Shown: one piece after another, positions 8,610-17,589 of the stretch
Position numbering within the stretch: the stretch's first letter is position 1
How the letters are laid out: every line of letters starts with the position of its first letter
From: an uncultured cyanobacterium
GTDB taxonomy: Bacteria > Cyanobacteriota > Cyanobacteriia > Leptolyngbyales > Leptolyngbyaceae
Length of the DNA stretch: 25,854 nt
Direction of reading: 5' to 3'
Assembly (NCBI GenBank): GCA_963766075.1
Contig: CAVYAN010000059.1
Location: forward strand, 1-25,854
The notes under the pieces: model-generated
The model's input: the letters and a program-made list of their open reading frames with translations, nothing else
What the model was told of the DNA's origin: nothing
Databases searched by the model: none
Program-made: the position numbers and the translations under genes

Positions 8610-9106
8610 AAAAACTCCAAGAACGATTTCATAGCAGAATGAATCAAGGTTTTTACCGCAGTGATACCCAGCTAATCACCGGATAGGTAAAACACTATAA
8701 TGCTGATATAAATACATCATAACGGAACTACAACCGCTCGGTATTAGTAAAGTCTATTTTTAATTTTCTAATCCTTCTAAGACATAACGATTGATTTTAT
8801 AGCGTTTTTCCGGTATGTTTTGGTCCAGTCGAGAGCTGCTGGAACACCGATTCTATGAGCGATCGCGTCTTGACTTTTACCTCCAGGCTTCTTTGTCATG
8901 GCCTCATGTCATGGCCTCAATTTATTCATTGTAGAAACTTGAGTTTGTGATGGCCTAATTTCTGTTTTGGGTGAATTTACGGCCCGAATATTTGTGACTC
9001 CCAACAGAGAAATGATGCCGACTGAAAGCATCATAGCCAGACTTGCAGTCATCAAAAATCCAGAAATCTGTTGACGTGAAATCATGTTTTTAACTCTGTG
9101 AAATAA

Positions 9107-9406
9107 TCAATTTAAACGGGCCTCTAGTGTAAATTCAGTGTCCATGCGCAGAATTTCTTCGTAGCAAAAATACAATGAAACGGTCCTTACTCCCAAAATC
9201 AGCCAAGCATAATTGCACAAATCTTCCAAGTCGTCTACTAACTCATCGACAATTTCTGGATCAGGACAATAGACATTCAGCGTATTGGTTACATCGAGCC
9301 GAATCAAGCAGCGTGGCAAACTAGAACCAAAAAAATGTAGCAGCCGCTTGATGCGACATTCTTCCAGTCTGATGAGATCTTCAGCGGTGATTTGAGTTAG
9401 TAACAT
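9107..9406 (-). CDS. Hypothetical protein (cyanobacterial-type)
   Basis: 99-aa ATG ORF with protein-like composition (VYCPDPEIVDEL...AWLILGV..VSLYF). Confidence 0.65.
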   Translation of the reverse strand: MLLTQITAEDLIRLEECRIKRLLHFFGSSLPRCLIRLDVTNTLNVYCPDPEIVDELVDDLEDLCNYAWLILGVRTVSLYFCYEEILRMDTEFTLEARLN

Positions 9407-9503
9407 CGATTAAATGCCTGATCACAGTGAGCAGGCGCTAGGGTGATTGATGACCGTGGATCGCACTTTACAGGTTGGCGGTCTACGAGTGCCCGATGCA
9501 TTT

Positions 9504-9519
9504 TGTATAAAGAATTACA
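9504..9519. promoter_or_regulatory. NtcA-type binding site
   Basis: TGTA-TAAAGAAT-TACA matches TGTA-N8-TACA; about 100 bp upstream of the 9406 start. Confidence 0.45.
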
Positions 9520-10332
9520 GATATTGTCATTAGCCATGTATTGAGGAGAAGTCCCTAAAAGGGTAAGGATGCTGATAGTGTTATCCTATTCCTGTGCTCA
9601 GGGTTCGCCTGCTGGGGTGTCTACGGCTAATTGAACGGCTCCATCCCAGCGTCAGCGGTAGTTTTAGAGCGGTGGCTTTAGATAGATTGTATAAACTCAT
9701 GATGTCCTCCTCAAAGGATGTGAGAATACCTACTTCCAGAATAATTTTCGGGAGAAAATAACATTTCTAAGTCTTTGTTCGACTTTGACAGATGATTGTT
9801 TTACTTCTCGAATAAGTTGATTGAATACGATACAAAATTTAACTAAAATAAAACGGAATTTCGGTCTGTGGAATTTTGAAATCGAACGTTCTGTATATTC
9901 ATGAGAGTAGGGTATTTTAGATTCCCGGAACTCTATCCTTTGGCATATATAGCCTTGATCAGACCGCTGAATATAGGGAGCCAACCCATCCGTACCGAAT
10001 TTGGGTAAAGGGTCTACGGGCTCCGGTTCGACTCAGTCTGGCGGCTCGATCGCATAGCTGTGCTGCCACTAGCCCTAAAGCCGGTCCGGGTTTTACCCCG
10101 CCGGGGGCAGTCTGCTTCCCAATTCTGGCAGTGCCAGCCATGCTATTAGCAAATCTCAGAATTTCTGCCTAGAATTTCTGCCTCTTTAGTCGCGCAACGA
10201 ATCTTATTTTTTATTTCCAGTAACTGTAACGGATAGGGTGTATAGATTTGAACGATTGATGGTCTATTGTGGCAATACAGTCATTTTTTGAATCAACTAT
10301 GATGGAATGACAAAGCCTATACGAGGTCACCT

Positions 10333-10644
10333 ATGAACACCATTAAGACCCAGGGCACCCCCCCCGATCTCAATGAAAAACATCAGAGCGACGGTACCGA
10401 GCTGATTCCGGCTGAAGTTCAAGCCACCATGCGCCACAACGAGGTTCCTGAACCGATTGATGATCCTGCTGCTGCTAGCTATACCGTGAATGATGAAGGA
10501 CTCATTGATAATTACGCCATTGAACCCGATGTCTATCCAGCCGCCTATCCTTCTCCACGACAGCAGCGAAACTATGCCGTGATGGCAGCCGGAGCAGCAC
10601 TATTTGTGGTTACTCTAGTCCTGATTTCATTTGCTGTTAGCTAG
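10333..10644 (+). CDS. psb34: Psb34 (Ssl1498-family) photosystem II assembly-like protein with N-terminal extension
   Basis: YTVNDEGLIDNYAIEPDVYPAAYPSPRQQRNY plus a C-terminal TM helix ending FAVS; GAGG RBS. Confidence 0.75.
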   Translation: MNTIKTQGTPPDLNEKHQSDGTELIPAEVQATMRHNEVPEPIDDPAAASYTVNDEGLIDNYAIEPDVYPAAYPSPRQQRNYAVMAAGAALFVVTLVLISFAVS

Positions 10645-11095
10645 TACACAAAGGCCGAAGTCAGAAGACAAAAATCAACAGACAAAGAACGGATGATGGA
10701 AATCTTAGGCGATGGAAATCTTTGTGGAGAAGATAATTTGATTGTTAATGGCGGGATATTTGCTTCCATGGCGCTGTACTAGGGATTTTTGATTCATGCG
10801 ATCGCACAACGTTGTATCCCTGAATTTGGCGCAACGAAGCACACATCATTTGCGATCGCAGCAATCTAGTGCTTGAAGATAGCAGTAAAAGGTAGGGAGT
10901 TAAAATGTCCAGATTATCTGAATATTAGTCATCCATTTTTGACTATTTTTGATCTTTCAAGTTTTCACGAATAAGGCTGTACCTGATGCTCAGAAGCAGC
11001 CACACTCGCCTATTTTTCTGAATCAGTTTGTTGTTTCTGATTGATTTTAACAACCTAAATTCCTATTTTTATCTACAAAAGAGAGGATAATAACG

Positions 11096-11335
11096 ATGCC
11101 TCCATGCTACAACCCATCTCTTAGCGAAGAACCTCGAAGCCATGCAATGAAAGTTGTTCCGCCGATTGCGCGCGAAACTCTTCTCAATTGGCTAGAAAGC
11201 AGTGGCAGATTGAGATCTCAAGAACTTGATGAATTTCAGGATCATAAAGTTCCTGAGGATTTAGATGATTTTCTTGATGTAGAAAATCAAATTCCAGACG
11301 ATGAAGAAGACTCTGAAGATTCAGAGGAAGATTAA
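11096..11335 (+). CDS. DUF3134 protein
   Basis: YNPSLSEEPR...LLNWLESSGRL plus an acidic tail. Confidence 0.75.
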   Translation: MPPCYNPSLSEEPRSHAMKVVPPIARETLLNWLESSGRLRSQELDEFQDHKVPEDLDDFLDVENQIPDDEEDSEDSEED

Positions 11336-11461
11336 ATTTTTGTGGCGCGGTTTTGACCGTAAAGAGACTCTGAGTAGTCTTGGACGGGGTAGATATTGAT
11401 CGTCTGTCGATTTTCTGCCCCTTGACCAGATCTTGAATTAACCATTAACTGGAGAACCACC

Positions 11462-11593
11462 ATGTCAAAAGAAAAAAAGGGAAATAAAGAATCCAAAAAA
11501 CCGAAAGCTGCCTCTAATGGCACTAAGAAACAAAGGAAAGCCCTAAAAGGAAATGATGGAAATATATCAGGACTTCTAGGCAATTCAAATTAG
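11462..11593 (+). CDS. Small Lys-rich protein (43 aa), absent from the ORF track
   Basis: GGAGA RBS, then MSKEKKGNKESKKPKAASNGTKKQRKALKGNDGNISGLLGNSN*; terminator downstream. Confidence 0.6.
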   Translation: MSKEKKGNKESKKPKAASNGTKKQRKALKGNDGNISGLLGNSN

Positions 11594-11677
11594 GTTTTGC
11601 TTAATCTTGATTCTCTAATTTCCGTTTGATTTTATTGTTTGATCCTGAATCGCGATCGCTAAATCGCTTTAGAATCC

Positions 11678-11709
11678 CACTGCTCATCTCCTCTGAGCAG
11701 TGTTTTTTT
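11678..11709 (+). terminator. Rho-independent terminator
   Basis: CACTGCTCA-TCTCCTC-TGAGCAGTG followed by T7. Confidence 0.8.
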
Positions 11710-11913
11710 ATCAATCAAATGACCCTAGAAATGAAACGGTGCTTTGTCATAGTGTAAAAGTGACTTGTCAAATAAAATTTAAATCTGATAAATCATAATA
11801 ATTTAGATCTTTCGACTTTCGGTGTTAATTCAAAAGTCGAATATTGCGGGTGACCTTTGATCTCATGCTTATGCCCCTAAAATTTAAGGAGAACATATTA
11901 AGGAGAACATACA

Positions 11914-12099
11914 ATGCTACCCGGACTTAACGCCCAAGATTTTGAATTAACACTGGAACAACAGTTTGCGATGACCCGCTACAGCCATCTCGTGCATGAA
12001 GTTTCTGCTGAGGAGTTACGCATCACTCTGTTAGAGATTGCCCGTCAACTCATGGTGAAGGACAATCTCATTAAATCGCTCATAAAGGTGGGAATGTAA
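11914..12099 (+). CDS. nblA: Phycobilisome degradation protein NblA
   Basis: ELTLEQQF...VSAEELRITLLEIARQLMVKDNLIKSL; 61 aa. Confidence 0.85.
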   Translation: MLPGLNAQDFELTLEQQFAMTRYSHLVHEVSAEELRITLLEIARQLMVKDNLIKSLIKVGM

Positions 12100-12302
12100 T
12101 GCGCTATCGCACCGATAGCATTGACTGCCAGCAGTGAGAGATGCCTACGCTAACGAGTGAACTTCTGGTTATGCTATTTCTCCAGCAGTGAGTGAAACTA
12201 TTTATCTTGGCGAAAGCGATCTAAAGATCGCAGCGCCCGCATCAATCCTGAGACTGGGACAGCAATCCCGGACTGTGACATCTAGGCGCGCCTAGGAGAA
12301 CG

Positions 12303-13109
12303 CTAGGAAGGCGACGTAACGGGCAAGAGGGTCAGGATGCAGAGCAGCAGCGCTTCGGTCCATTCCACAATTGCTCCATAGGTATCGCCCGTCTGCCCTC
12401 CGAGTTTGCGGTTAAAGTAGGCTCCGGTCAGCAAGGCAATCCCCCCTCCCATCAGTCCGGCGATCCCTCCCCCCAGTGCCATCGCCGTGCCATCGCCGTA
12501 GTTGATATAGCCGTAGCTGATGCTGAAGACGAACAGGAGCAGACCACTCGGTACAGCCGCCCAGACCGAGTGAATCGCCTGCTTGTGCAACATGCCTTTG
12601 CCTGCGGTTTTTAGGTAAGGGTAGCGGGCGATCGCCACCAGTTGTCCCCAACGGCCCCACCCAGCTACCAGCATCAGGGCCAGTTCCCGATGGGTAGAAA
12701 TGTCGGCTAGGGCCAGGGTTTTTAGGAGTAAAAGGGCGATCGCTACAATCACCCCAAACGCACCACTGTGGCTATCGGCCATCACCTGCAACCGCCGCTG
12801 GGGATCCATGACGCCCAAGCCGTCGGCGGTATCCATGGCTCCATCCAGGTGCAATCCCCCCGTGATGCCGACCCAGGCGATGACGACAATGCCACTGCGC
12901 AGCAGGATAGACATCCCCAACCTGGCGAGTCCGTAGTCGCACAATCCCAATAGTCCGCCAATCAGCAGTCCTACTCCAGGCACCCAGTGGGCAATACCAT
13001 GGAAGTTCAGCCGCCAGCGATCGGGAATGGGAATGACCGTATAGAAGGCGATCGCTCCCAATAGTGTGGCTACTAGTGTGGCTACGGTCCGAGTCATCCT
13101 GTCTTTCAT
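12303..13109 (-). CDS. cobS: Adenosylcobinamide-GDP ribazoletransferase
   Basis: TGGLHLDGAMDTADG, GAFGV and GGQTGDTYGAIVE motifs; start uncertain (13097-13115). Confidence 0.93.
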   Translation of the reverse strand: MKDRMTRTVATLVATLLGAIAFYTVIPIPDRWRLNFHGIAHWVPGVGLLIGGLLGLCDYGLARLGMSILLRSGIVVIAWVGITGGLHLDGAMDTADGLGVMDPQRRLQVMADSHSGAFGVIVAIALLLLKTLALADISTHRELALMLVAGWGRWGQLVAIARYPYLKTAGKGMLHKQAIHSVWAAVPSGLLLFVFSISYGYINYGDGTAMALGGGIAGLMGGGIALLTGAYFNRKLGGQTGDTYGAIVEWTEALLLCILTLLPVTSPS

Positions 13110-13120
13110 GTGCAATAGCT

Positions 13121-13181
13121 CTAATCCGCATAGCCCTAAATCTGCATAGCCCTAATCTGCATGGCCCTAATCTGCATGGCC
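13121..13181. repeat. Tandem repeat, 4 x ~15 bp (CTAATCTGCATRGCC)
   Basis: Read directly from the sequence, just upstream of cobS. Confidence 0.85.
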
Positions 13182-13317
13182 TAGAATGGCAGAGCGCGAG
13201 AACCGGGTGCAACAATTCTAGTTCACGCGTCTAGTTCACGCGATCGCCCGCTTAAAAATGCCTAACCGCCCCCCGAATCCTGTATTCTGCTAGTGAATTA
13301 TTTCTCTGTGCCTCCCT

Positions 13318-14778
13318 ATGCCCTGGCTTAACGTTCTCTCTGGCTTCGGACTGCTTGCCCTTTGTGGTATTGCTTGGCTAGGATCAGAAAATCGCCGAAT
13401 TATTCCCTGGAAAGTAATAGCGTGGGGCATTGGGCTACAACTGATGTTGGGGGCGCTGGTATTCCTTGTGCCCGCCACGCGGGGCCTCATGTTGATCCTG
13501 AATGATGCCGTCAATGCTGTGCTGGATGCCACGGAAGCCGGGGGCCGGTTTGTGTTTGGGGCTACTCTGGTGCCAGACAATGCCCTAGTGCCCGGTCCAC
13601 TGCTGGCGGGACGATGGATTGCGCGGGCCGTAACGCCCCCCTATGTGCCCGTTCCGGGCGATCGCCTCAGTCCCGACAATTTCAATCTGGGCTACATCTT
13701 TGCCTTTCGCGGTTTGCCCTTGGTGATCTTTTTCTCCGCGCTGATGTCTCTGCTCTATCGCCTGGGATTGATTCAGCCGATTGTGAACGGTTTTGCCCAC
13801 CTCTTTCGTCGCACCATGAATTTGAGCGGGGCCGAGTCTCTCAGTGGCGCGGCCAACATTTTTGTGGGGATCGAGGCGGCCTTGGTCGTCCGTCCCTATT
13901 TGGCAGACATGACTCGGAGCGAACTCTGTGCCATTCTGGCGTCCTGCTTTGGCAGTACGGCTTCAACGGTATTGGCTCTATATTCGCAATTGCTACGTCC
14001 GGTGTTTCCTAATATCACGGGCCATTTGATTTCGGCTTCGATGATGGCGATTCCCGCCTGCTTCGTGATGGCCAAAATTTTAGTACCCGAAACAGAAGTA
14101 CCCAAAACCCTGGGACAAACTGTGGTGGAGTCCAGTCTAGACACGCCTGCATCGGACGATCCAAATGCCGCTGAAGCAGACTCACTGCCCAGTCCGGTGG
14201 AAAGCCTGATTCAAGGGGCAATGGATGGAGCCCGACTGGCGGTGGCAATTGCGGCGCTGCTGATTGCGATTTTGGGATTGGTGGCGATCGCAAACCTGTT
14301 TTTTGGTAACCTCGGCTCCCTTGCCATTAGCCAGAATCCGGTTCTGCGGGGCATTGGCATCATCTTTCAGTGGATTAGTCTACAAAACTTGGCGGGTATG
14401 GCTTTCTTGCCCCTGACGTTTTTGACGGGCGTCTCCTTCAATTGGTCAGAACTGTGGCAGGCGTCCTCCCTAATTGGACAACGGCTGCTCTCTACGGAAA
14501 TTCCGTCCTATATTCAACTGGCCAATCTGTCGCGTCAAGGGCTGATTAGCGATCGCGCCCTGCTGGTCGTTAGCTATGCCCTCTGTGGGTTTGCCCATTT
14601 GCCTTCCTATGGGATTTGTGTGGGCGGGTTGATCAGCCTTGTGCCCTCCCGTCGCAAGGACATTGCCGAATTAGGCTGGAAGGCCCTATGGGCAGCCACC
14701 TTGGCCACCCTCATGATTGGCTGCATCGCGGGGCTGTTTGATTTTGGCAATGCCGAACTTTTGGGCAAAGGTGGATGA
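13318..14778 (+). CDS. Concentrative nucleoside transporter (NupC/CNT family)
   Basis: FAFRGLPLVIFFSALMSLLY, GAESLSGAANIFVG.EA and YALCGFA motifs. Confidence 0.9.
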   Translation: MPWLNVLSGFGLLALCGIAWLGSENRRIIPWKVIAWGIGLQLMLGALVFLVPATRGLMLILNDAVNAVLDATEAGGRFVFGATLVPDNALVPGPLLAGRWIARAVTPPYVPVPGDRLSPDNFNLGYIFAFRGLPLVIFFSALMSLLYRLGLIQPIVNGFAHLFRRTMNLSGAESLSGAANIFVGIEAALVVRPYLADMTRSELCAILASCFGSTASTVLALYSQLLRPVFPNITGHLISASMMAIPACFVMAKILVPETEVPKTLGQTVVESSLDTPASDDPNAAEADSLPSPVESLIQGAMDGARLAVAIAALLIAILGLVAIANLFFGNLGSLAISQNPVLRGIGIIFQWISLQNLAGMAFLPLTFLTGVSFNWSELWQASSLIGQRLLSTEIPSYIQLANLSRQGLISDRALLVVSYALCGFAHLPSYGICVGGLISLVPSRRKDIAELGWKALWAATLATLMIGCIAGLFDFGNAELLGKGG

Positions 14779-15068
14779 GGAAATCCAATAATAATTGGGA
14801 TAGCGCGTTAGAGACTATTTGAACGTTTCTAGAACGGGCACTAGCCTAAGATGAGCACTAGCACGGTCCGGAAACATCGTTAGGTCACTCCGAGACTAGT
14901 AGAATGATCAAATTTGATAATCGACTTTGATAATCGACACCGTTGACAATCCACCACGCATCACAGGATCAATTTTGGCTAGACGGTATTTGGGGTGAGG
15001 CGTGTGTTGGGTGAATGAGTACGTTGGGCGAATTGGTGTGTTGGAAAACTTTTAGGGAGGTAACTGGA

Positions 15069-15872
15069 ATGGCTCAGTGGTTTCGACCGATCAGCAGAGG
15101 AATGAAGCGGGCGGTAAAATGGGTGTCGTTAGGCATGCTGGGTACGATCGCGATTCTGATTCTGGGGCAATTGCATCCGCCGGATTTTGCCATGCCCGCG
15201 ATCGCCCAGGCCCCAGCGGCACCCTCTGGGGTAACTCCAACTCCCGGGGCATCTCCCGCTGCGCCTCCCAGCCTCACTCTCCCTTCCAGTGCTCCTACCC
15301 CAACCGCGGCCCCCAACCCAGCGCCATCCCCGGCTCTAAGTCCACAACCCGTGCCTACTTTTGTGCCGCCGCCAGTGCAATTTCCTCCCGCTGCCACCGC
15401 GCCCGCTTTGCCCATCGAATCGCAGCCCTATAGCGATCCCGCTGGCCGCTTTCGCGTCGGTATTCGGCAAGGCTTTCAAACCAGTCCCCTGGCAGGGACG
15501 ATCCTGGTTGAATCTCCCAATGGCAACCTAGCCTACACCGTAGTCGCTCAGTCCCAGCCCAGCGATGCTCCCATTGCCCTCAGTCCCAGTTTTGCCAACA
15601 TTGAAGCCCTGGGCAAAATCGCCACCACCGTTTTTCAGCGCGGCGAAGGCTTTCAAACGGGACCGCCCCAACCCGAGTCCGGCGGGGGCATTATTATGAA
15701 CTGGTCCGGTAGCCTCACCATCGGTGGCAAAACCCAGCCCACGGGCGGTGTCATCCTGGTGCGCCCAACGGCCAAACACATTTTGCTGGCAATCGTTGCC
15801 GCTACGGAGGCAGGGGCTGATCAGGTGCAAGGAACCGTGGCCGCAATCGCAGAGAGTTTGAAAGGACCCTAG
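15069..15872 (+). CDS. Exported or membrane-anchored Pro/Ala-rich hypothetical protein
   Basis: AGGGAGG RBS before ATG 15069; hydrophobic N-terminal segment, Pro-rich linker, globular C-terminal domain (YSDPAGRFRVGI...). Confidence 0.7.
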   Translation: MAQWFRPISRGMKRAVKWVSLGMLGTIAILILGQLHPPDFAMPAIAQAPAAPSGVTPTPGASPAAPPSLTLPSSAPTPTAAPNPAPSPALSPQPVPTFVPPPVQFPPAATAPALPIESQPYSDPAGRFRVGIRQGFQTSPLAGTILVESPNGNLAYTVVAQSQPSDAPIALSPSFANIEALGKIATTVFQRGEGFQTGPPQPESGGGIIMNWSGSLTIGGKTQPTGGVILVRPTAKHILLAIVAATEAGADQVQGTVAAIAESLKGP

Positions 15873-15939
15873 TAAGCTCCCCAGCCATCGCCCATAGACC
15901 CACCAGGCATCTATGGCTCGGCAAACAAAGATCTGACAT

Positions 15940-16029
15940 GGGTACCCTGTCGTGGGCTACGACTACGCTCAGCCCACTGGGACAATCAGAGTTGAGCGTG
16001 GTCGTAGCTTGCTTCCCGCAGGGTAACCC
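15940..16029. repeat. REP/SDR-like palindromic element between convergent genes
   Basis: GCTACGACTACGCTCAGC...GTTGAGCGTGGTCGTAGC, enclosed by TACCCTG...CAGGGTA. Confidence 0.7.
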
Positions 16030-16053
16030 GATGCATAAACAACTATTGCCAAG

Positions 16054-17547
16054 TCAATCGGGAACAGCACCGCTGATCTGGCTAGCCCGAGCCGGAGAAA
16101 CTGTGATCCGTGAGAGGGGCAACTCAATCACAAACGTGGTTCCCTGCCCTGGAATTGAGTCGCACGAGAGCTTGCCGCCATGCTTTTCAGTGATGATTTG
16201 ATAGCTAATGGATAGCCCCAGTCCAGTACCCTGCCCTACGGCTTTGGTGGTAAAGAAGGGATCGAATAAGCGCGATCGAATAGTTTCGGGAATGCCGGTT
16301 CCGTTGTCGGTGATTTTTACCGTTATCCAGTTGGGACTGGTTTGCTCCGTCATAATCGAGATCTGATTGGGATGGCTGGCAATATCCCGAAAACTCTGAC
16401 CCTGATTGCTCTCCTCTAGAGCATCGATCGCATTCACAAACAGATTCATAAACACTTGATTCAGGGGTCCGGCACAGCATTCCACCAGTGGTAATTCACC
16501 GTAGTGTTTTACCACTTGAATCTCTGGACGTTCGGCATTGGCTTTGAGGCGATGTTGCAAAATCATCAGGGTATTATCAATCCCTTCATGCAAATCCACG
16601 GCCTTCAACTCTGATTCATCTAAACGGGAAAAGTTACGCAATGAAAGCACAATTTTGGTAATGCGATCGGAGCCGACTTGCATAGACTGGAGAATTTTTT
16701 GCAAATCCTGACGCAGAAAATCAAGATCCATAGCTTTTAGTTCTACTTGCAGTGCCTCTGGTGGCTCCGGATAATGCTCTTGGTATATGTGTATTAATTG
16801 CAACAGTTGTTGACTGTATTGCCCCAGATAGTCTAGGTTGCCGTGGATAAAGCCGATGGGGTTGTTGAGTTCGTGCGCTACTCCGGCCACCATCTGGCCC
16901 AGGGCCGACATTTTTTCGCTCTGCACCATTTGGCACTGGGTGCGATGTAACTCTGCTAGGGCTGCTCGCAGTTGTTGGGTTTGTTGTTGGAGTTGGGCTT
17001 CTGATTGTTTGAGGGCCGATTCAGCCCGTTTGCGATCGCTGACCTCTTCAATATAGCCATTCCACAGAATGGCACCATCGGGCTGAAGGCTGGGACGGGA
17101 AAATCCTCTCACCCACTTTTCTTGGTCTCCCACCACCAGCCGATATTCATGATTCCATAGCTCTAGTGTGGCGGCTGATTGGGCGAGCGTTGCTTTGACC
17201 TCGGCCAAATCCTCAGGATGGATCAGCGCAAAAATTAACGCGGCATCGGTTTCAACCTGCTGCGATTCTAGTCCAAAAATTTCGCGACAGGCGGAAGAAG
17301 TCCAGGGCAAAGAGGTTTGACCATCGGCTGCTAAGCGAAATTGATAAATCATGCCGGGAACATTGGCTGACAGCGTCTGCAAGCGTTGCTGGCTTGCGGT
17401 GAGTTCTTGAATCACTCGCTTTAGCAAAGTTTCCTTGGCTTCAATACCGCCTTCGAGAATGGCGCGATCGCGTTCCGATTGTTCCAGTTGCTTACGCAGA
17501 AGTCGATTGGCTTTTTCTAGTGCTTTAATCTGTTCAGAGGAGTCCAT
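16054..17547 (-). CDS. PAS-domain sensor histidine kinase
   Basis: PAS (NVPGMIYQF...IHPED), H-box AGVAHELNNP, N-box NAIDA, DNGTG, FFTTK and GTGLGL motifs. Confidence 0.92.
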   Translation of the reverse strand: MDSSEQIKALEKANRLLRKQLEQSERDRAILEGGIEAKETLLKRVIQELTASQQRLQTLSANVPGMIYQFRLAADGQTSLPWTSSACREIFGLESQQVETDAALIFALIHPEDLAEVKATLAQSAATLELWNHEYRLVVGDQEKWVRGFSRPSLQPDGAILWNGYIEEVSDRKRAESALKQSEAQLQQQTQQLRAALAELHRTQCQMVQSEKMSALGQMVAGVAHELNNPIGFIHGNLDYLGQYSQQLLQLIHIYQEHYPEPPEALQVELKAMDLDFLRQDLQKILQSMQVGSDRITKIVLSLRNFSRLDESELKAVDLHEGIDNTLMILQHRLKANAERPEIQVVKHYGELPLVECCAGPLNQVFMNLFVNAIDALEESNQGQSFRDIASHPNQISIMTEQTSPNWITVKITDNGTGIPETIRSRLFDPFFTTKAVGQGTGLGLSISYQIITEKHGGKLSCDSIPGQGTTFVIELPLSRITVSPARASQISGAVPD

Positions 17548-17589
17548 TACTCGCCTTTTATTGCTACTGATACTCTAGATTGAGCCATA

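Noticed and set aside
10019..10045. tRNA-like GGTTCGA loop
   Set aside because: No cloverleaf, acceptor stem or anticodon arm can be built
9963..10060. c-di-AMP riboswitch (CGCTGAA start)
   Set aside because: The other conserved ydaO-motif segments are not recognisable
11332..11583. 83-aa minus-strand ORF
   Set aside because: Antisense to the better-supported Lys-rich ORF that has an RBS and terminator
13121..13181. CRISPR array
   Set aside because: Contiguous 15-bp units with no spacers; no cas genes in the window
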